Assembly (NCBI GenBank): GCA_964618805.1
Contig: CAZUBM010000011.1
Location: 52,451-66,130, forward strand
DNA: 13,680 nt
Direction of reading: 5' to 3'
DNA from: an uncultured Nitrososphaerota archaeon
GTDB lineage: Archaea > Korarchaeota > Korarchaeia > Korarchaeales > Korarchaeaceae
Every line of letters begins with the position of its first letter. The stretch's first letter is position 1. A program made the translations under genes and the position numbers. The notes below the pieces were generated by a model. That model made no database searches. It had not been told where the DNA came from and saw only the letters and a program-made list of their open reading frames with translations. Positions 7,437 through 13,680 of this stretch are shown piece after piece.

Positions 7437-8650
7437 CTCTTCTCTTTAACCAAGAAAAATATGAAACAGAAGGCTGTAAAGCTCCCTATTAAATTCACAA
7501 GGATGGGAACGCTAAATCCGAACTCATCAAACAGCAAGCCACCCACATACGGGGCTGGAAAAGCAAGTAAACCTCTAAAAGCCTGTAATCTGCCCATAGC
7601 CTCAGCCCTTTTTTCCATAGGAACGCTATCAGCAAGCAGAGCAGCTATGGCTGGGACCCATGCCGCTATCATTATTCCAAAGGGTATCTGGAGAATAGCA
7701 AAGGCTAAGAAGCTTCTTGAAAGGAGCCATCCCAACAAAGTGAACGTTCCAATAAGTTCAGAGATTAGAAGGAAAAGCTTACGACCATATCTGTCTATGA
7801 GCTTTCCAATTGGTATCTGGGAGATCCCCCATACTAAAGACAATATCGTTGAAAGCAGGCCAAGCTGATACTCAGTGAAATTGTAAGTTTTCACAAGCAT
7901 GCCGTAAAGTATGTAAGAACCAATCCCCCATGCAAAAGCATCGACCGTTGTTGCGAGATAAAATTCCCTTAGATGTCTCTCTGGCCTAAACATTTCTCTT
8001 AGCTTGCATAGCCACTTCCTTCCGTGTTGAAATGTTGTGCGGACCTTCTCTTCAAGGGTCTCCTTAATGAAGAGCCAGGTGAGCAGGATGTTGAACAAGT
8101 CAACAGCAATGCATCCGAGAAATATCAGGTTAAAACCATACATCATGGCCAAAATTCCACCTATTGGAGCAACCACTGCCGATACAATAGTTGATGAAGC
8201 CATTATAACACTATATGCGGTCCCTCTCTCCTCTTTACTGACCGATTCGGCAACCAAGGATGCCATGGCTGGATTATACTGCTGGAAGCTTGCAGAAAGC
8301 CCCATGAAAATGGCATATAGGATTAGTAGATACCAAGCTTTCGCGAATAGGCAAACCATCAAAGCGGTTGCTCTCAAAGCATATGCTAGGAGGATAAGGG
8401 GCTTTCTTCCAGCCCTGTCGGATAGTTTTCCCCAAAGAAGAGAGGACGAAGATCCAAGAAGGGTTAGAATGGCCCTTAGACCACCTAGTATCGACATAGA
8501 TGCCCCTAAACTTAGGACAAAAGGTTGCCATATTGGAGAGAGCATCCCGTATCCTGCAGCCCCTATAACTGATTGAACGAGCAGGATCCGAATGTTGCTT
8601 TTTAGAGCAAGCTCCCGTTTAAGCCAGGTTAAGAGGTTTGCTCTAGCCAT
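7433..8650 (-). CDS. MFS transporter
   Basis: 405 aa with ~12 hydrophobic segments. Motif A occurs twice (GKLSDRAGRKP; GKLIDRYGRK). Also ESVSKEERGTAY and DSVPMEKRAEAMG. AGGTG SD. Confidence 0.95.
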   Translation of the reverse strand: MARANLLTWLKRELALKSNIRILLVQSVIGAAGYGMLSPIWQPFVLSLGASMSILGGLRAILTLLGSSSSLLWGKLSDRAGRKPLILLAYALRATALMVCLFAKAWYLLILYAIFMGLSASFQQYNPAMASLVAESVSKEERGTAYSVIMASSTIVSAVVAPIGGILAMMYGFNLIFLGCIAVDLFNILLTWLFIKETLEEKVRTTFQHGRKWLCKLREMFRPERHLREFYLATTVDAFAWGIGSYILYGMLVKTYNFTEYQLGLLSTILSLVWGISQIPIGKLIDRYGRKLFLLISELIGTFTLLGWLLSRSFLAFAILQIPFGIMIAAWVPAIAALLADSVPMEKRAEAMGRLQAFRGLLAFPAPYVGGLLFDEFGFSVPILVNLIGSFTAFCFIFFLVKEKS

Positions 8651-8780
8651 CCAAACACCTTTTTTCTAAGTTCGGGTAGAAGGAGCCCTAATAAAGGCGA
8701 TCAATTTGTTTGCGAACCCTAAACTTAACTTCCCAAGATGAAGCTCAAAAGATCTAGCAAAGTAGTTCAAAGGTGATGCG

Positions 8781-9088
8781 TTGAATAAAATGATCCTGTC
8801 AGTTTGGCTTTGATCAGCCCTCTCTTTGTCAGCTTAATCTTGACTACCGTTTCAGCTAAGCCACTTAGGGTATCTAGTCATTGAAAGCGATGACTGCTGA
8901 GGGATGACAGCAATGGCTTGGGGACAATTATAAGAAAGGATCTCTATAACCTAATTTCTGGCATGTATGAAACTTCAGGGATTAAAATCGATTCTAGAAT
9001 TCAATATAATCTACGCTATGGACCTGGGGAGGACAATTATGTTTTCCTTTTGAGCCTGAGCCCTCAGTTTCCTGTCGAAAGTAGCTAG
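8781..9088 (+). pseudogene. Decayed gene for a secreted protein (signal peptide; one frameshift, two in-frame TGA)
   Basis: AGGTGA SD at 8771-8776 then TTG 8781: MNKMILSV. The -1 frame from 8804 reads LALISPLFVSLILTTVSAKPLRVSSH*KR*LLRDDSNGLGTIIRKDLYNLISGMYETSGIKIDSRIQYNLRYGPGEDNYVFLLSLSPQFPVESS*. The joined N-terminus resembles a Sec signal peptide with a VSA cleavage site. Confidence 0.4.
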
Positions 9089-9182
9089 CGCGTGCTAAGG
9101 CAAGTTAGGAGTAGATGCGGTAATTGAAGTGGCCTAAAACAATTTAATTGAACTCAAATCAGAAAATCTAGTGAAATAAACC

Positions 9183-9614
9183 ATGTCCTTAAACAAGGAT
9201 TTAATCGAAACCAGGATAAGGGAGATGAATGATTCCATCCAGATTCTAAAGGAAATTGTATCGAGGGAATTTGAGGGGCTTTCTCTCTACGAAAGGTTGT
9301 CGACCAGGTATCTCCTGATACAGCTCGTGGAGGCCGCCTCCAGCATCTGCATTCACATACTCTCCTCCCTTTTTAAAGAAAGGCCGGAGGGCTATCCAGA
9401 ATGCTTTATAAGGCTATCCTTGAAGGGGGTCATCTCAAAAGATCTTGCGTCGAAGCTAGCCTCTGCATCAAGGCTTAGGAACCTGCTAGTTCACAGGTAC
9501 TGGGTCATCGACGACAGGAAGGTATATGATGCGGTAAGGGAGAGGTTGAAGGACTTTGAGGAGTTTATCTCCAAGGTGGAGGAATTCTCAGGTGAGAATG
9601 GTGGAGGACGATGA
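9183..9614 (+). CDS. hepT: HepT-like (DUF86) HEPN ribonuclease toxin
   Basis: Intact R-x4-H-x-Y motif (RNLLVHRYW), PEGYPECF and IDDRKVY, typical of DUF86. ATGA overlap with the downstream MNT. Confidence 0.92.
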   Translation: MSLNKDLIETRIREMNDSIQILKEIVSREFEGLSLYERLSTRYLLIQLVEAASSICIHILSSLFKERPEGYPECFIRLSLKGVISKDLASKLASASRLRNLLVHRYWVIDDRKVYDAVRERLKDFEEFISKVEEFSGENGGGR

Positions 9615-10027
9615 TAGAGCCGAAGTTCAGGTATCTCTCGCTTTCTAAGGAAAAGAGGTTCGAGATCCTTAAAGAGTTGAGGAGATTGCTTGAGGATTCA
9701 GATTCCATAGTCTTCGCTTACGTTCACGGGGGCTTCATTGAAAGGGAGTTTTTCAGGGACTTGGATCTGGCGCTATGGGTTAAAGATCCACCGAACTCCC
9801 TGAAGTACGCTGTTGACCTCTCAGTTGAGTTAAGAATAAAGTTGGGAGTCCCAGTTGACGTTCAAGTCTTAAATGAGGCTCCCTTGCCCTTCAAGTATCA
9901 CGTTTTCACCAAAGGAACCCTTGTAATATCGAGGAACGAGGACTTTAGGTCAAGGGTTGTGGATCTGACCATCAGGGAGTACTTAGATTTTAAGAGGTTG
10001 AAGATCTCTTCGGAATCTTCAGTTTAG
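9611..10027 (+). CDS. mntA: MntA-like nucleotidyltransferase antitoxin
   Basis: FAYVHGGF...RDLDLAL, VDVQVLNEAPLPF and REYLDF. GGAGG SD at 9603-9607. Translationally coupled to hepT. Confidence 0.88.
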   Translation: MIEPKFRYLSLSKEKRFEILKELRRLLEDSDSIVFAYVHGGFIEREFFRDLDLALWVKDPPNSLKYAVDLSVELRIKLGVPVDVQVLNEAPLPFKYHVFTKGTLVISRNEDFRSRVVDLTIREYLDFKRLKISSESSV

Positions 10028-10147
10028 TCGAAGGTAAAAGGAGGTCAGATAAGTCGGGTTTCACCTAGGTTCATGCTCGTAACTGAAAACGTGGAACTAT
10101 TTTCCCTTTTATTTAACCCTAGCGGGGAGAATGGTTTTATAAAATCT

Positions 10148-10292
10148 CCGCAAGAAAACTCCCCCCTAAAGAGGGGAGATGAATTGCGGTTAGGCTTAAA
10201 TAGAGCTTCGGGCTTAAAGTATTAGTTGCTCCTATCCTACATGGGTAGGAGCGGGCTGAGGTGAGCCAGCCCTTAACGCGTCGTGAGGCTTC
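10148..10292 (+). mobile_element. tnpB: Remnant IS200/IS605-family end with promoter and first codons of a tnpB-like gene
   Basis: Nested palindrome CCGCAA-gaaaa-CTCCCC-cctaaaga-GGGGAG-atgaa-TTGCGG (10148-10189) resembles IS605-type subterminal hairpins. TATA TTAAATA at 10196-10202. ATG 10241 with small indels reads MGRSG/AEVSQPLTR/VVRL, resembling from memory archaeal TnpB N-termini. Confidence 0.55.
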
Positions 10293-10552
10293 ATAGTTGA
10301 GGGAGACCCAGAGCTCGTTAGGCTATATCATCATGGAAGGATGATGGTTGAGCATGTATTCAAGCATGGAAAGGAGAGGTTGAACCTAGACAACCTAAGG
10401 TGGAGAGGCGTAGCAAAGGTTCGCATGCACGTAGCCCTATGCTACTCAGTAATTCTAGCCGCGGCGATAACAGCACACAAGATGGGAAGACCAGAACTAG
10501 CACACAGCATAAAAGCATTCCAATAACCAAAAGGAATTTTTCCAGGTTAAGC
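10287..10552 (+). mobile_element. 3' fragment of a DDE transposase (IS4/IS5/IS1182-like superfamily) with probable right end
   Basis: Frame open from 10287: GFIVEGDPELVRLYHHGRMMVEHVFKHGKERLNLDNLRWRGVAKVRMHVAL..., a Y-R-E-K-type signature followed by RG..KV..HV. Stop at 10524-10526. The N-terminal DD residues are absent. The element end position is a guess. Confidence 0.78.
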
Positions 10553-10611
10553 TACTATGGACGGTAAATTTTAATAATTATTTTTCTAATTTCCTAGATG
10601 GTGTTAAAAAT

Positions 10612-11499
10612 ATGATCTCAAGGTTTCAGAGATTATTTGTAGCTCCTGGAAGTCTGATTCCTCTAGTATATCGGGGAACTTTTGATGGCGAAAGGTGGAA
10701 GGATGGAAGTTTAACATGTAAATATGGCTTATTAAACTATCCGGTATTAGATGGGATCCCAATCTTTGTAGATCAGTCTATAGATGAGCGGAGAATTAAT
10801 GGCTACTATAGAGGATGTGAATATTTTTGGGGAAAGAAACATCGTGTGGTTATAGATGTCTCAAACCCATACTACTGGGATCTCTTCTCTAGGGAAGCCA
10901 TAGAATCAGGGGGCACCGTAGTAGATGTAGCAAGTGGTGAAGAGGGAGGATTTGTTAAAGGAATTTTAGATATCGACCCTGAAGCTAGCGTTCTAATGAG
11001 TGACATTGATTATGCTCCTTTAAGAGCGTGGCAACTATTTCTCAGAAAAAGGAAGACGGGTTTGAATGTATGCTTTTCTGTCTTCGATGCAAGTAATATG
11101 CCTATAAAGTCAAACTCTGTTGATGTAGTTACAAGCGTGTTAGGTTTCGTGAGTGCTCTTAAACATGACGGTAGAGCACTTAGAGAAGCCTATAGAGTTT
11201 TGAAGCCTAAAGGTAAACTACTTCTATTAGATTGGTTATGGACTGAGGAGGAACTTTCAGAAATAGCTCTAAAACTTCCAAGAGAGGAACTAAACGAATG
11301 GATAAGAACGTTTCCAATGTCCCCTATAAGCACAGTTAGATGGAGAAACTTACTAAAAGACACAGGGTTTAAGGTGGAGCTATTCGAAGAAGTAGGGAAA
11401 CGACTCCCAATTAAGGGAAGAAACGGCTTTGCAAAGACTGCGGAAAAGTATGGGATAACATATGAGGCGACACTATACGCAATTAAAGCAGTTAAATAG
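10612..11499 (+). CDS. Class I SAM-dependent methyltransferase with N-terminal Trm112-like domain
   Basis: VVDVASGEEGG, MSDID, FDASNMPIKSNSVDVV and LREAYRVLKPKGKL. The N-terminal FVAPGSLIPL...GSLTC...YPVLDGIPIF is Trm112-like. Confidence 0.88.
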   Translation: MISRFQRLFVAPGSLIPLVYRGTFDGERWKDGSLTCKYGLLNYPVLDGIPIFVDQSIDERRINGYYRGCEYFWGKKHRVVIDVSNPYYWDLFSREAIESGGTVVDVASGEEGGFVKGILDIDPEASVLMSDIDYAPLRAWQLFLRKRKTGLNVCFSVFDASNMPIKSNSVDVVTSVLGFVSALKHDGRALREAYRVLKPKGKLLLLDWLWTEEELSEIALKLPREELNEWIRTFPMSPISTVRWRNLLKDTGFKVELFEEVGKRLPIKGRNGFAKTAEKYGITYEATLYAIKAVK

Positions 11500-11879
11500 A
11501 GCTGACAAGGTTATTAGTTTTGCGTTAGAAAAAATTTTGGCCTATAATTACGTGCATGCAGTTACATTTGGTAATATTCATTATACTCCTTCTTCCGGTC
11601 TTTGATTAATCTTTTCTATGGCTTAGTAGATTTTAGCGCGAATTATTCACACCTTATGCGCGCTATTCGGAAGTTTCTTCCTAAAAAATTATCTTAACAC
11701 TCTTAATCGTGAAAATTTCCTGAAAAACTTGCATTTGACAAAAACCAATTGAATCTAATTTGGAAAATTGCAATTAATACGTCTAAATAGCATCTTACAG
11801 TCCTTTGATTTATCAAAAAATTATTTTAAGACGTTCAATTTGTGTATAAAGTTAGAGGTAAAGCAAGGAGTGGTAAGTT

Positions 11880-12995
11880 ATGGTAGATATTGAAGCGAAA
11901 ATTTTACCTCCTCCAGATATATGGCTTGAACCATGTCTAATAGTTGAATGTGAGATCAAAACCCCTCCAAATCAGTGCATTTTTGAACTAAGAGGCCTTC
12001 TCTTGACCGAAGACGGAAAAATCGTTAGCGAGTTGGAGGAGATCCCTGAATTCCTAGAAGGCGATAAGGAAGTTGATAGTCTACATGCTTCCGATAACTA
12101 TCAATTTCGAGAGCTTTTATCGTCAAAAACCAAAAGCATAAGCAAGTTTAGGTTTACTGCTCGTTTAAGTCAAAGAGCCATCGAACACATCGAAAAGCTC
12201 AGAGAAAAGAGGCTTAAACGTGATGTCGAGCTTAAGCTTAGGCTCCTTTTTAAATACGTGCTATCCAACGTTACTACCTCTCACCTTCACGAGATCTCAT
12301 TAAACTCCCTTCCAGCAGAATTAAAAAAGCACCTTCAAGGAATTCGGATAGGTAAGAAGGGTCTTGAATCATTAATAGCTTATTCCTATGATCCTAACTT
12401 CAGTCCCTCAAGATCAAACATGTGGATCCTATCCTCAAATTCTGGGGCCAAGTTTATCTCTTTCTACAGGGGAGAAAAGGAAATCTCAAAAAGAATCCCG
12501 TATGATGATTGGATTCACGATTTTCTACCTACTCTAAAAGCTTACACAGTTGTAACCATCGAAGTCCCCGTGGTCGAAGAGGTTCCAAGCTACGAGCATT
12601 TAGCCAAAGCTGTGGAGGAGCTTAGGCATGGTGAGAGGCTTTTGAAGGAGGGAAGATATGACGGTGTCATTCGTTCAGTTAGAAACATTCTGATGAATCA
12701 TCTGTTGACTGACACAAAAAAGGTTAATGAAAAGAAGCAGCGATTTCTCGACAAGAGGATTAAGGAGCTTGTGCTCTCCAATGTTCCTAGCGAAGCAAAA
12801 AAAGAGTACAAGCATGTACTTCTTGCAATGGAGAAAATCCTGAGAAGGTTATTAGATGATCATCTTAGCAAGTTCATTCATTTGGATTCAGAAAAGTTGA
12901 TTCGCATGCCACTTAAGGCTGATGCAGAATACCTACTTCTGACTGTAACGAGCATTTTAAGGTACTTAAGTAGGTTGTCATCTTCCTCAGAATGA
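11880..12995 (+). CDS. Hypothetical 371-aa protein: beta-rich N-terminal region plus C-terminal HEPN-like helical domain
   Basis: Long intact ORF with TATAAA (11845-11850) and GGAG SD. The C-terminal ~130 aa pattern A..EL..GE..L..GRYDGVI..VR..L....LSKFIH....ADAEYLL..V..IL.YL resembles HEPN/Abi_C/DUF4145 helical bundles. The gene itself is confident; the domain call is tentative. Confidence 0.8.
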   Translation: MVDIEAKILPPPDIWLEPCLIVECEIKTPPNQCIFELRGLLLTEDGKIVSELEEIPEFLEGDKEVDSLHASDNYQFRELLSSKTKSISKFRFTARLSQRAIEHIEKLREKRLKRDVELKLRLLFKYVLSNVTTSHLHEISLNSLPAELKKHLQGIRIGKKGLESLIAYSYDPNFSPSRSNMWILSSNSGAKFISFYRGEKEISKRIPYDDWIHDFLPTLKAYTVVTIEVPVVEEVPSYEHLAKAVEELRHGERLLKEGRYDGVIRSVRNILMNHLLTDTKKVNEKKQRFLDKRIKELVLSNVPSEAKKEYKHVLLAMEKILRRLLDDHLSKFIHLDSEKLIRMPLKADAEYLLLTVTSILRYLSRLSSSSE

Positions 12996-13055
12996 ACGTT
13001 CGTTAAGCGTTGAAAGGATAAAATCGGAGGTTGAAACAAAAGGGAAGGGAAGACC

Positions 13056-13460
13056 TTACAAGAGCGGACGATGTCGACCATGGACTAACCACTTATGGTG
13101 TCTTTCTAAATCTTCAACTATCTGTTTAAGAGACAGGCGTTCAAGACCTTCTCTGGTTTGTAAACCAGTCTTAACATCCCAATTATGAAGCCAATAGTAT
13201 TCATCAAGCATTTTATCCCATTTATCTTTTTCCAAACGCTCTCTTTTAAATGGTCCAGATTTTATGGGTTCTTCCATTAGTCTTTTAGGTGGATAATCGT
13301 CTTTGCGACTAAATTTAGCATGAATTGTGTTAAAAGCTTTGCCTACATTAATTATTCGCTCTCCTATTAGCATAAGTTCTTTTCCCGTAATTCTCCAACC
13401 AGTAGCCGCTGAAACTAAACTTGCGTAGTCGTCGGGATTTAGCAAGTCAGGCGCGCGCGA
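13056..13460 (-). pseudogene. aor: C-terminal fragment of a tungsten aldehyde:ferredoxin oxidoreductase family protein
   Basis: YASLVSAATGW...ELMLIGERI...KAFN...SRKDDYPPKRLMEEPIKSGP...MLDEYY...WD..TG..TRE.LERL.L is the typical AOR C-terminus. Full AORs are ~600 aa, and this frame is closed upstream by TAA at 13475-13473. Confidence 0.88.
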
Positions 13461-13472
13461 AAGACAGCATCT

Positions 13473-13680
13473 TTAAAGGTGACCCCTCACGATGGCCCTT
13501 GCCGCTTCGAGCTCCGGGAGCCTCGATAGGGGTATCACGTCGAGGACCATTATCCTCTCCAGCTCCTCGTCCGCGGGTACGACGAACGGATCCATGTTGA
13601 AGTACTCCCTCACCACTTCCTCCCACCTATTTCCATACTCGTCGAAGGGCTGGGACTCGTCGTACTTGTTCAGAACGACG
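13473..13680 (-). CDS. C-terminus of a probable MinD/ParA-family ATPase (5' part outside window; not in ORF track)
   Basis: VVLNKYDESQPFDEYGNRWEEVVREYFNMDPFVVPADEELERIMVLDVIPLSRLPELEAARAIVRGHL*. VVLNK and VVPAD fit the NK and (I/V)PxD motifs of SIMIBI ATPases. GC is ~58% by hand count over 13481-13680. Confidence 0.6.
   Translation of the reverse strand, partial: VVLNKYDESQPFDEYGNRWEEVVREYFNMDPFVVPADEELERIMVLDVIPLSRLPELEAARAIVRGHL

Noticed and set aside
7461-8576. ORFs 7461-7868 (+), 8037-8576 (+) and 8274-8531 (-)
   Set aside because: Antisense or alternate-frame shadows of the MFS gene.
8887-8910. GATGA/CTGA boxes suggesting a C/D box sRNA
   Set aside because: Box spacing leaves no 10-12-nt guides, there is no full RUGAUGA, and no terminal D box at the expected distance.
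8922-9040. Direct repeat GGACAATTAT at 8922-8931 and 9031-9040
   Set aside because: Only two 10-bp copies 109 nt apart; not CRISPR-like and compatible with chance.
12878-13081. 67-aa minus-strand ORF
   Set aside because: Overlaps the 3' ends of both the 371-aa gene and the AOR fragment; no motifs.
1-13680. CRISPR array, tRNA, rRNA or integrase
   Set aside because: No regularly spaced repeats, cloverleaf/T-loop signature, rRNA-like sequence or tyrosine/serine recombinase motifs were seen by eye.

Overview
Archaeal chromosomal DNA, probably Thermoproteota-like. This is inferred from GGTGA/GGAGG Shine-Dalgarno motifs, TATA-type promoters, TTG/GTG starts, a DUF3201-like gene and an aldehyde:ferredoxin oxidoreductase fragment. 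The window looks like a decaying accessory or plasticity region. It holds two different MNT-HEPN toxin-antitoxin pairs: one with a winged-helix-fused MNT behind an inverted-repeat promoter, and one in HepT-first order with a degenerate MNT motif. It also holds a 371-aa orphan with a C-terminal HEPN-like helical domain, a PD-(D/E)XK nuclease, a CPBP (Abi/CAAX) protease, a HAD phosphatase, an MFS transporter and two SAM methyltransferases. Broken genes include a frameshifted YbhB/YbcL, a frameshifted methyltransferase, a decayed secreted protein and an AOR 3' fragment. A chimeric IS scar fuses an IS200/IS605-type end and tnpB start to the 3' end of a DDE transposase. The last ~200 bp shift sharply to high GC and encode a MinD/ParA-like C-terminus. 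No rRNA, tRNA or CRISPR array was seen. All family calls come from motif recognition by eye; no searches were run.
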